Assembly (NCBI GenBank): GCA_965207595.1
Contig: CBDBMW010000012.1
Span: forward strand, 1,039,466-1,103,465
DNA length: 64,000 bases
Origin: Vicinamibacterales bacterium
GTDB lineage: Bacteria; Acidobacteriota; Vicinamibacteria; Vicinamibacterales; UBA8438
Direction of reading: 5' to 3'
Shown here one piece after another: positions 1 through 8,323 of the stretch (within the stretch, counting starts at the first letter, position 1; each line of letters starts with the position of its first letter). The position numbers and the translations under genes are program-made. Below the pieces are notes generated by a model. The model saw nothing but the letters and a program-made list of their open reading frames with translations, was not told the origin of the DNA and made no database searches.

Positions 1-1593
1 GCGGGACGGGATGTAGAGAATGCCGGTCTCGGGATCGACGGCCGCGCCGGCCCAGCCGGCCGTCCCGCCGTCGGGGGGCCGCATCAGGGTGCCCTGCGTG
101 CCGCCCTCGATGGGGCGGGTGGGCGGCGTGAAGAGCGGGCCGATCACGAAGTCGCTGACGGCCTCGACGGCCAGGGCGCGGATCTCCGGGGTGAAGTCGA
201 CGAGGTCGTCGATGGTGACGCCCTGGTAGTCGAAGGGGGCCGGCTTCGTCGGGAACGGCTGCGTCGGCGAGAGGACCTCGCCGGGCATGTTCGTCTCCTG
301 CGGGACGGGCCGCTCCTCGATCGGCCAGATCGGATCGCCGGTCGCCCGGTCGAAGACGTAGACGAAGCCCTGCTTGCTGACCTGCGCGATGGCCTTGATT
401 GGACGCCCGTCCACCTCCACGTCGACCAGGTTGGGGTGGGTCGGGAAGTCGTAGTCCCACAGGCCGTGGTGCACGGCCTGGAAGTGCCAGACGCGCTGCC
501 CGGTCTCGACGTCCACCGCGACGAGCGTCTCCGAGAACAGGTTGTCGCCGGGGCGATCCACCCCGTAGTAGTCGTTGGTCGCGGTGCCGGTCGGCAGGTA
601 GACGTGGCCGAGCTCGTCGTCCCCGGCCAGCATCGACCAGACGTTGGCGTTCCCCGAGTAGCGCCACGACTCGTTCCCCCACGTGTCGACGCCGAACTCG
701 TCGGCGCTGTTCGGCACCGTGTGGAAGTCCCAGGCGTGCTCGCCGGTCCGCACGTCCCAGGCGCGCACCCAGCCCGGCACGGCCTCCTTGGTGATGCGCC
801 GGTCCGCAATCTGGGAGCCGTGGATCACCTTGTCGCGGACGACGATGGGCGGCGAGTGGATGCCGTAGAGCAGCGCGTTCAGGTAGTCGCGGTCCTCGCG
901 GGCGGCCCGCGGCAGCCCGACCATGGCGTCGACCATGCCGCTGCCGTCGGGGCCGAAGTCGGCGCACGGGCGGCCGCTCGCGGCCTCGACGCAGACGACG
1001 TAGCCGCTGCCGGTCCCCCAGAAGATGCGCTCGTCCCCGGCGCCGTCGGTCCAGTAGGCGACGCCGCGCTGGCGGAACGTCCCCGTCATCGGGGTCGTGC
1101 CTTCCTCGTAGGACTTCGGGTTGAAGACCCACAGCGTCTCGCCGGTCGTCGCGTCGACGGCCACGCCCTGCGAGAGCGGCGTGTTGAAGTAGAGGACGCC
1201 GCCCACCATGAGCGGCGTCGACTGGAAGCCGGTCGCGCTCGGCCGGTGGCCGGTGCGGTAGAGGTTGGGGGTCGCCTCCTCGAGGGCGTCGACGATGGTC
1301 GCGAGCGGCGCCGACCACTCGCCGCCGCCGGGCGTCGTCATGCTGACGCGCCGGTCGACGGTGGTCCACTCCCAGGCCAGCTCCAGGTCGGCGAAGTTGC
1401 CGGCGTCGATCTGGTCGAGCGGCGAGTACTTCTTCCCGCCGATGTCGCCCGCGTAGCTCCGCCACTCGCCGTTCGACGTATCGTAGGTCTGCCAGGGGCC
1501 GGCCGTCGTCTCCGTCTGGGCGTGCGCGACGGGGGCCGCGCAGAGCAGAACGGCGAGCGACGACATCAGGACGATCGAGCGCAACTGGGGCAT
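1..1593 (-). CDS. PQQ-dependent (quinoprotein glucose dehydrogenase-like) beta-propeller protein; 3' end runs off the window
   Basis: Translated by hand (absent from the ORF track): MPQLRSIVLMSLAVLL signal peptide, GEWRSYAGDIGGKKYSPLDQID, FQSTPLMVGGVLY, WHFQAVHHGLWDYDFP, SPTQPFPTKP; open to position 1. Confidence 0.9.
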   Translation of the reverse strand, partial: MPQLRSIVLMSSLAVLLCAAPVAHAQTETTAGPWQTYDTSNGEWRSYAGDIGGKKYSPLDQIDAGNFADLELAWEWTTVDRRVSMTTPGGGEWSAPLATIVDALEEATPNLYRTGHRPSATGFQSTPLMVGGVLYFNTPLSQGVAVDATTGETLWVFNPKSYEEGTTPMTGTFRQRGVAYWTDGAGDERIFWGTGSGYVVCVEAASGRPCADFGPDGSGMVDAMVGLPRAAREDRDYLNALLYGIHSPPIVVRDKVIHGSQIADRRITKEAVPGWVRAWDVRTGEHAWDFHTVPNSADEFGVDTWGNESWRYSGNANVWSMLAGDDELGHVYLPTGTATNDYYGVDRPGDNLFSETLVAVDVETGQRVWHFQAVHHGLWDYDFPTHPNLVDVEVDGRPIKAIAQVSKQGFVYVFDRATGDPIWPIEERPVPQETNMPGEVLSPTQPFPTKPAPFDYQGVTIDDLVDFTPEIRALAVEAVSDFVIGPLFTPPTRPIEGGTQGTLMRPPDGGTAGWAGAAVDPETGILYIPSR

Positions 1594-1766
1594 CGCGGGT
1601 CTCTCCCTCGAGTTCTGTTTCGTCACGGCCGGCACGATGCCCGGCCCGCGCGACTGCGCGTGATCGTACACCGCGGCCCGCCGGAGTGAACCCCGTTCCT
1701 CGGAACCTCGAACGGCCGGCTCCCGTCATCACGCTCGACATCGCAGTCCGGGAGGGCAGCCCCATC

Positions 1767-4235
1767 ATGCGGAGCATCGACGGTCTCGGCCGCGACGTGC
1801 GCGACGGCGTCCGGTCGCTGGCCCGGCGGCCGGCGTTCACGGCGGTCGCCGTCGTCTCGCTCGCGCTCGGCATCGGAGCGAACACGGCCATCTTCAGCCT
1901 CGTCAACGCCGTCATCCTGCGCGACTCGCCCATCGAGCGGCCGGAGGAGGTCGTCAACCTCTACCTGCACCAGGCGTCGTTCGCCTACAGCTCGTTCTCC
2001 TACCCCGACTTCGAGGACGTCCGGGACGGCACCACCGAGGTGTTCAGCCACATCGGCGCCTCGCAGTTCGCGCCGGCGCACATCGACCGCGCCGAGGGCG
2101 GAGGGGTCGGCATCGTGCCGGCGGAGGCGGTGACCGGCAACTACCTCCCGATGCTGGGGATCGAGGCCGCGCTCGGACGCACCCTGCTGCCGAGCGACGA
2201 CGTCTCGCGCGGCGGGCACCCGGTGGTCATGCTCGACTACCGCTACTGGCAGACCGCCTTCGCCGGCGATCCGGACGTCGTGGGGCGCGAGATGCGCGCC
2301 GGCGGCCGGGCGTACACCGTGGTCGGGGTGGGGCCGCCCGACTTCACGGGCACCGTGCGCGGCTTCACGCCGGCGTTCTACGCACCCTACGCGATGGTCG
2401 AGGAGCTCGTCGGCGTCCGCACGTTCGACAATCGCGGAAACCACGCGCTGTTCGTCAAGGCGCGGCTCCGGCCGGGCGTCGCGCTCCCGGAGGCCGAGGC
2501 CGCCGTCGGGGCGGTGGCGGCGCAGCTCACCCGGGACCGCATCGAGAACTGGGACCCGGCCGGGCAGTTCGTGCTCCTGCCCCTCACCGACGTGCTGCTC
2601 TTCCCGCCGATGGACGTCTTCATCCGCGCCGCGGCGTGGCTGCTGACGGCGGTGGTCGGGCTCGTGCTGCTGCTGGCCTGCACCAACCTCGCCAGCTTCC
2701 TGCTCGCGCGGGCCCTCGACCGGCGCAAGGAGATTGCCGTGCGCCAGGCGCTCGGCGCGTCGCGCGCGTCGCTCGTGCGGCGGCTGCTGACCGAGACCAC
2801 GCTGCTCGGCCTGCTGGCCGGCGGTGCGGGCACCGGGCTCGCGGTCTGGCTGCTCCGCCTGCTGGCCACCGTGGACCTCCCGCTGCCGATCCCGGTGACG
2901 CTCGATCTCCGCCTCGACGGGCGCGTCCTCGCGTTCACGCTCGGCGTCTCGCTCGTGGCCGGCGCCCTGCTGGGCCTGGTGCCGGCCCTCCAGAGCACCC
3001 GGCCGGACGTCGCCGGCGCCCTCCGCAGCGAGAGCGCGGGGGGCGGGCAGCCCGGGCAGCTCCGGTGGCGCAACGCACTGGTCGTCGCGCAGCTCACGAT
3101 CTCGCTGGTGCTGCTCGTCGGGGCCGGGCTCTTCCTGCGCAGCTTCCAGCAGGTGCAGTCAGTCGACCCCGGCTTCGGCCGCGAGCCGACCGCCCTCCTG
3201 ACCTTCCTGACGCCGGCCACCCGCTTCACGCCGGACGAGTCGCGCGTCTACACCCGGCGCCTGCTCGACCGCTTCCGCGAGCTGCCCGGCGTCGAGGCGG
3301 TCGGGGCGATCAGCCGCCTGCACCTGAATCCGCTGAGCACCCGGACGAGCGACTTCAACGTCGCCGGCTTCGAGCCGCCGGACGATCGCGGCGCCTTCGT
3401 CGCGGACCGGGCCGAGGTCGACCCCGGGTTCTTCGAGGCGGCCGGCATCGAGATCGTCCGCGGCCGCAACTTCAGCGACGCCGACCGGCCGGACACGCAG
3501 CCCGTCGCCATCATCAGCGAGGCGATGGCCCGTCGCTTCTGGGAGGACGGCGACGCGGTCGGCCGCCTGGTCCGCCGGCCCGACGACGACGATCCCCCCT
3601 GGCTGGTCGTCGGCGTGGCCGCCGACGCGAAGGTGCGGACCCTCGGCGAGGCGCCGCGCAACCTGGTCTACCTCCCCTACTCGCAGCGGCTCGCGCGCTC
3701 CCTGACGGTCGTGGCGAGGACGTCGACCGACCCGGAGCGGACGGCGCTCGCGCTCCTGCGCGCCGGGCGCGAGGTCGACCCCGACCTGTGGGTGTTCGAG
3801 ACGGGGACGATGGACCGCCACCTGGCGCTGATGCGGCTCCCGCAGCGGCTCTCCGCCTTCGTCCTGTCCGCCTTCGGGGTGCTGGCCCTGGCGCTGGCCG
3901 CCATCGGCCTGTACGGCGTCGTCAGCCACGGCGTATCGCAGCGGACGCAGGAGATCGGCATCCGCATGGCGCTCGGCGCCGACGGGGCGCGCGTCGTGCG
4001 GCTACTCGTCGCGGGCGGCCTCCGGCTGGTGGTCGCGGGCGGCGCGCTCGGGCTGGTGCTCGCGCTCGTCGCGGCCCGCCTGCTGGGCGGGCTGCTGTTC
4101 GAGGTCGACACGCTCGACCCGCTGACGTTCGTTGGCGTGCCGCTGGTCCTCGCCGCCGCGGCGCTCCTCGCCGCCTGGCTGCCGGCCCGCCGCGCGAGCC
4201 GGGTGCATCCGGTCACCGCGCTCCGGACGGACTGA
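1767..4235 (+). CDS. ADOP-family duplicated ABC permease (MacB_PCD/FtsX x2), no N-terminal prefix domain
   Basis: SLALGIGANTAIFSLVNAV, LLLACTNLASFLLAR, RRKEIAVRQALGASR, QRTQEIGIRMALGA, PARRASRVHP; GGAGGG RBS before ATG 1767. Confidence 0.93.
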   Translation: MRSIDGLGRDVRDGVRSLARRPAFTAVAVVSLALGIGANTAIFSLVNAVILRDSPIERPEEVVNLYLHQASFAYSSFSYPDFEDVRDGTTEVFSHIGASQFAPAHIDRAEGGGVGIVPAEAVTGNYLPMLGIEAALGRTLLPSDDVSRGGHPVVMLDYRYWQTAFAGDPDVVGREMRAGGRAYTVVGVGPPDFTGTVRGFTPAFYAPYAMVEELVGVRTFDNRGNHALFVKARLRPGVALPEAEAAVGAVAAQLTRDRIENWDPAGQFVLLPLTDVLLFPPMDVFIRAAAWLLTAVVGLVLLLACTNLASFLLARALDRRKEIAVRQALGASRASLVRRLLTETTLLGLLAGGAGTGLAVWLLRLLATVDLPLPIPVTLDLRLDGRVLAFTLGVSLVAGALLGLVPALQSTRPDVAGALRSESAGGGQPGQLRWRNALVVAQLTISLVLLVGAGLFLRSFQQVQSVDPGFGREPTALLTFLTPATRFTPDESRVYTRRLLDRFRELPGVEAVGAISRLHLNPLSTRTSDFNVAGFEPPDDRGAFVADRAEVDPGFFEAAGIEIVRGRNFSDADRPDTQPVAIISEAMARRFWEDGDAVGRLVRRPDDDDPPWLVVGVAADAKVRTLGEAPRNLVYLPYSQRLARSLTVVARTSTDPERTALALLRAGREVDPDLWVFETGTMDRHLALMRLPQRLSAFVLSAFGVLALALAAIGLYGVVSHGVSQRTQEIGIRMALGADGARVVRLLVAGGLRLVVAGGALGLVLALVAARLLGGLLFEVDTLDPLTFVGVPLVLAAAALLAAWLPARRASRVHPVTALRTD

Positions 4236-4316
4236 CGCTTGGCGGCGAGCGTCACGACCCCATTGGCTAGAATGGCCGGGCCATATCGGCCAGTGCGTTG
4301 GCGTGAGAGGGGCGGA

Positions 4317-5555
4317 ATGATACTCCGTGATGACCAGATCCAAGCCCGCTTCAAGGACCTTCTGAACGCTCACTCCCGCGTGGACATCGCCACGGCATGG
4401 GCCACCTGCGGCGAACACTTGCGCACGTTGGCGGACGCCACGAAACGGGAGCAGAGGCCTGTAGCGGTCCGCGCCATCGTCGGCACGGCGGGGAACGCGA
4501 CGCACCCGGATGCCTTGGAGGAGCTATGCCGCATCACGAATGGCGACCTCAGGATCATCTCGGGCGGGATTCGTCTGTTCCATCCCAAGCTGTACCTGTT
4601 CGGCCGGCATATGAACGGCCACATGGGGTCTCACGCGTGGGTCGGGAGTGCCAACTTTACGAACGCGGGGTTCGGACGCCGCGCTGAGGCCAATGAAGAG
4701 TTGATCGTGGAGACAGGTCCGGGAAAGACCACCGATGATCTCGCCGCCTGGTTCCGAGAACGGTGGAGTTGCTGTCCCACGGATCGTCCCGTTGGGGAAG
4801 TGATTCGTCGGTACAGGGAAGCCTGGAAGCAGAACCCGCCTGGTGCAGATGTCCGAAGGATCATCTCCGGGGACGTCCGGTCCGACCTTCTCGCCGACGC
4901 CCATCGTCCTCGGACTCTTCAGGAGTACCGACAAGCTCTGAAGAGGTGTGAAGGGATGTTGCAGGTCGAAGGAAAGGACTGGGAAGTCCTCAACCCTCAA
5001 GGTCGGAGCTACATGAGGGCTGTATCCGAGCGTCGACGACTACTGCTTGGTGAAGCGCCCTGGTCGCAGCTCGGCGAGTCTCAGCTCCGCCAGCTGACAG
5101 GCGGTGTACCTCGCACGGATTCGAGTTGGTGGGGGCTACTGGGTCGCATGGCCCGGGCCCATCGGAAGGCAGTGCAGGACCACGAGGGCAGGATCCGACG
5201 AATTCTCGCAGAGGTTAAGTCAGCCGAGGATACCGAGTTTCCAGACGTTGCCGTTGCGGCGATGCAGAGGCTAATGAGCATCGACAATGTGGCTCACGGG
5301 ACGGCGACCCTGTTGCTGGCACTTGCACGACCGGACCGACTGCTGAGTCTAAACGGCGCGTCCCAGAAGGCGTACGGCAAGCTGTCCGGGATGAGCCATT
5401 CAACCCTCAGAAAGCCCCGAAACTATCGCAAACTGCTTCAATGGCTCTACGCCCAGCCCTGGTATGCTGACTCGTCGCCGACGGACGGAGACTTGGAGGA
5501 AATCCGCCGGTTCCGCGCGGCTCTCGTGGATGCGTTCGTCTATGAACCGACGTAG
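4317..5555 (+). CDS. Phospholipase D-family (single HxK) putative nuclease with an uncharacterised C-terminal domain
   Basis: LFHPKLYLF ... WVGSANFTNAGF ... NEE; visibly lower GC than the flanks; TAGAAT upstream. Confidence 0.75.
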   Translation: MILRDDQIQARFKDLLNAHSRVDIATAWATCGEHLRTLADATKREQRPVAVRAIVGTAGNATHPDALEELCRITNGDLRIISGGIRLFHPKLYLFGRHMNGHMGSHAWVGSANFTNAGFGRRAEANEELIVETGPGKTTDDLAAWFRERWSCCPTDRPVGEVIRRYREAWKQNPPGADVRRIISGDVRSDLLADAHRPRTLQEYRQALKRCEGMLQVEGKDWEVLNPQGRSYMRAVSERRRLLLGEAPWSQLGESQLRQLTGGVPRTDSSWWGLLGRMARAHRKAVQDHEGRIRRILAEVKSAEDTEFPDVAVAAMQRLMSIDNVAHGTATLLLALARPDRLLSLNGASQKAYGKLSGMSHSTLRKPRNYRKLLQWLYAQPWYADSSPTDGDLEEIRRFRAALVDAFVYEPT

Positions 5556-5732
5556 GATCTTGTGCGGCGTTGGTTCTGGGTATGCCGTGGTCCGGTTCTC
5601 CGCTGCCTCATCGACACGAGATCGCTCCGAGTTCCTGGCGCTCCACTCAGTCCAGATCGGTCCGCGGACAGCGAGAGCCGCCGTCAGCGTGCAGGGTCGC
5701 TCCATTGGGTCAAGGGCGAGGCATTCACGTAA

Positions 5733-5840
5733 CGCGCGCCGGGCGCCACGCTCGACCCGATCGCGAAGCTCCGACGACGCTTCCGAATGCGGGCGCCGAT
5801 CGAGCGCCACGTCGATGAGCACGTCGGTGTCGAGCAGCAT
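5733..5840 (-). pseudogene. Truncated PIN-domain (VapC) toxin
   Basis: [18 protein letters not shown] is a PIN N-terminus coupled to the antitoxin stop (TGATG); PIN-like sequence ends after about 36 codons. Confidence 0.7.
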
Positions 5841-6061
5841 CAGAGGTACTTCCGGGCCAGCACCTCGTAGCGGCCATCGTTCCGGCGCGCCGCCCGGAAT
5901 CGACCCCTCCACCGGAATGCGAACGAGGGGGTGTCCTCTGCCGCGAGCTCTCTGAGCGACGCTTCGATGATCGACGACAGCGACACGCCGCGAGAGCGCG
6001 CGTACTGCTTGGCTCGGGGAAGCAGGTCGGCGTCGACCGTAATCGTCAGCTTCGTCTTCAT
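5840..6061 (-). CDS. Ribbon-helix-helix antitoxin (DUF6364-like)
   Basis: [36 protein letters not shown]; 73 aa, directly upstream of the PIN start. Confidence 0.85.
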   Translation of the reverse strand: MKTKLTITVDADLLPRAKQYARSRGVSLSSIIEASLRELAAEDTPSFAFRWRGRFRAARRNDGRYEVLARKYL

Positions 6062-6129
6062 CGTGGGCCACCGTACGGCCCGCGTTGTATACCGTATTCC
6101 GTCTACCTCGCCCGGCCGCGGGGCGCCGG

Positions 6130-6154
6130 GATCGTACACTGGCCCGCGCGGACC
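6130..6154 (+). repeat. 25-bp direct repeat, copy 1 (contains a TACACT -10-like hexamer upstream of pdxJ)
   Basis: GATCGTACACTGGCCCGCGCGGACC; 24/25 identical to 10038-10062. Confidence 0.8.
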
Positions 6155-6174
6155 ACGGCCTCGGAATCAACGCC

Positions 6175-6972
6175 ATGACCGTACTCTCCGTCAACGTCAA
6201 CAAGATCGCGCTGCTCCGCAACTCGCGCGAGGGCACGCGGCCGGACGTCCTCAAGGCGGCGCGGACGGCCATCGCGGCCGGTGCGGGGGGCATCACCGTG
6301 CACCCGCGCCCGGATCAGCGCCACGTCCGGCCCGGCGACGTGCACGCCCTGGCCGTGATGCTGCGCGCCGACCACCCGGCGATCGAGTTCAACATCGAGG
6401 GCAACCCCGCCGCCGGACCCCGCGACAACGGCTACCCGGGCTTCGACCGGCTCATCGAGGAGGCGCGGCCCGACCAGGCCACGCTGGTCCCGGACGCCGA
6501 CGCGCAGCTCACGTCCGACCACGGATGGGACCTGTCCGACCCGGCCGCCGCGCGCCAGGTGACGGAGGTCGCCGCTCGCTACCGGGGCTGGGGCGTCCGG
6601 GTGAGCGTCTTCATGGACCCGGAGCCCGAGCAGATCGCCCGCGCGCAGGCTTGCGGCGTCGACCGCATCGAGCTCTACACCGGGCCCTACGCGGAGGCCG
6701 TCGCCCGCCACGGGCTCGACCACCCGGAGAGCCGCGCGCGGCTGGAGACCTACGCCCGCGCGGCCCGGCGCGCGACCGACCTGGGCCTGGGAGTCAACGC
6801 CGGGCACGACCTCGACCTCGTCAATCTCGCCGCCTTCATCGCCATCGGCGGCATCGCCGAGGTCTCCATCGGTCACGCCCTGATCGCGGACGCCCTCGAC
6901 ATCGGCCTTGCGGCGGCGGTGCGGAAGTACCTCGACTCGATCGCGGCCGGCACCGCGGAGCGCGGAGTCTGA
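6175..6972 (+). CDS. pdxJ: Pyridoxine 5'-phosphate synthase
   Basis: [58 protein letters not shown]. Confidence 0.96.
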   Translation: MTVLSVNVNKIALLRNSREGTRPDVLKAARTAIAAGAGGITVHPRPDQRHVRPGDVHALAVMLRADHPAIEFNIEGNPAAGPRDNGYPGFDRLIEEARPDQATLVPDADAQLTSDHGWDLSDPAAARQVTEVAARYRGWGVRVSVFMDPEPEQIARAQACGVDRIELYTGPYAEAVARHGLDHPESRARLETYARAARRATDLGLGVNAGHDLDLVNLAAFIAIGGIAEVSIGHALIADALDIGLAAAVRKYLDSIAAGTAERGV

Positions 6973-7061
6973 GGGAGCGCCGGTGCGCGCACGGACGGGC
7001 AGGCGTGCGCCCACCCGTCCGGTCCACGCTCCCGATGGGGTTGCGGCGACTGCTCAGACCA

Positions 7062-7457
7062 TCACGGCTGGGGTTTCACCTCCTGGATCTGGATCAGGTT
7101 GCCGCACGAATCGTCGAATACCGCGGCGATGACGGTCCCCATGTCTGTCGGCGGCATTACGAATCGCACCCCTCTTGCCGTGAGGCGCTCGTGTTCGGCC
7201 TTGACGTCGTCCACCGCGAAGGCGGTCCAGTGGGTCCCGTCCTTGACGAGCGCCTCCTTGAGCGAACGCACCGCGGGATGGACGTCGGGCTCGAGCACCA
7301 ACTGCGTCCCCTCCGGGGCTTCCGGGGATACGACAGTGATCCAGGCATGCTCGCCCAGGGGGATGTTGTGCTTCAACTGGAAGCCAAGCGTCTCCGTGTA
7401 GAAGCGAAGCGCCTTCTGCTGGTCGTCTACCGCGACGCTGGCCAGGTGGATTCTCAT
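7062..7457 (-). CDS. VOC (glyoxalase/bleomycin resistance) family protein, copy 1
   Basis: VDDQQKALRFYTETLGF ... AVFDDSCGNLIQI; close paralog of 26477-26872. Confidence 0.92.
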   Translation of the reverse strand: MRIHLASVAVDDQQKALRFYTETLGFQLKHNIPLGEHAWITVVSPEAPEGTQLVLEPDVHPAVRSLKEALVKDGTHWTAFAVDDVKAEHERLTARGVRFVMPPTDMGTVIAAVFDDSCGNLIQIQEVKPQP

Positions 7458-7489
7458 CTGCGCTCCTGTCCTTTCATCTGTTGCGATAG

Positions 7490-7547
7490 GGCAAGCCTTC
7501 GCTTGCCTGTCAAGGCGATAATACGCAAGCGCGTGCTTGCGTGTCAA
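7490..7547 (-). promoter_or_regulatory. Sigma70-type promoter with two palindromic ArsR-type operators
   Basis: Minus strand TTGACA(7547-7542)-18 bp-TATTAT(7523-7518); spacer is the palindrome CGCAAGC-ACGC-GCTTGCG; second palindrome GGCAAGC-N4-GCTTGCC at 7490-7507; same layout at 27175-27231. Confidence 0.8.
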
Positions 7548-7580
7548 CGTGAAAAACCAGCCGGGGAGGGTGGGCCGGAC

Positions 7581-7967
7581 CTACCAGAGCACGGGCGCCG
7601 GATAGCGGGCGACCTCCTCATCGGGCGTCACGAGCGTGAGTCCGTGCAGGATCGCCTGGGCAACCAGTCCCCGATCGAACGGATCGGCATGGTGCGGCGG
7701 CAGCAGGGCGTCGTGCGCCGCACAGGCTTCGTCGAAGGCCAATGGCTGCAGCCGCAGCCACTCGCGCCGATCGACGACATAGCGGCCGGGCGGCGCCGGC
7801 AGCGACAGCCGACCGAGGCGGTACTTGATCGCGATCTCCCACGCCGACAGCGAGCTCACGTAGACGGCGTTCTCACGGGCGCGGCAGACCCTGCGCGCCA
7901 GCGAGGAGAGCTCCGGCGCGTCAGCCGCCAGCCACAGGAAGGTGCAGGTATCGACCAGCAGCTTCAA
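7581..7967 (-). CDS. vapC: PIN-domain VapC toxin
   Basis: MKLLVDTCTFLW, SSLSAWEIAIK, HHADPFDRGLVAQA, TLVTPD. Confidence 0.92.
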   Translation of the reverse strand: MKLLVDTCTFLWLAADAPELSSLARRVCRARENAVYVSSLSAWEIAIKYRLGRLSLPAPPGRYVVDRREWLRLQPLAFDEACAAHDALLPPHHADPFDRGLVAQAILHGLTLVTPDEEVARYPAPVLW

Positions 7968-8212
7968 GACCGCTCCTTGTCACCTCCGAACGCCCGGAGG
8001 ATGTCGTCCGGAAGCGGCTCGAAGAAACTGTCCGGCACTCTCATTCCACGGTCGATGCCCACCGGCCGCTCCTGCAGCGGCTGCCGCGGCAGGGCGCGTA
8101 TCTCGGCAACCGGGACGTTGCGGCGGCAGAGCACGACGGTCTCACCCCGTTCGACGCTCTCCAGGTACCTCGAGAGGTGAGCTTTCGCCTCGGCAATGTT
8201 GACCTTGAGCAT
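7964..8212 (-). CDS. Phd/YefM-family antitoxin
   Basis: MLKVNIAEAKAHLSRYLESVERGETVVLCRRNVPVAEI; 4-bp overlap with the toxin. Confidence 0.92.
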   Translation of the reverse strand: MLKVNIAEAKAHLSRYLESVERGETVVLCRRNVPVAEIRALPRQPLQERPVGIDRGMRVPDSFFEPLPDDILRAFGGDKERS

Positions 8213-8218
8213 GACCCA

Positions 8219-8248
8219 ATACTAGCTCTTGAACTTGACCATGTTCAA
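8219..8248 (-). promoter_or_regulatory. Toxin-antitoxin promoter/operator, probably leaderless
   Basis: TAGTAT 6 nt before ATG 8212; palindrome TTGAAC-N8-GTTCAA at 8229-8248 covers the -35 region. Confidence 0.6.
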
Positions 8249-8323
8249 CCGAAGTCTTGCGGCGGAGCTGTTCCGGAGCGGATCCGCCGCGCTCGGCCCT
8301 GGCTCCCGGCGTGCGGGCCGACC

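Noticed and set aside
436-1689. 417-aa plus-strand ORF
   Set aside because: Antisense shadow of the PQQ dehydrogenase on the minus strand, which the track missed because it runs off the window
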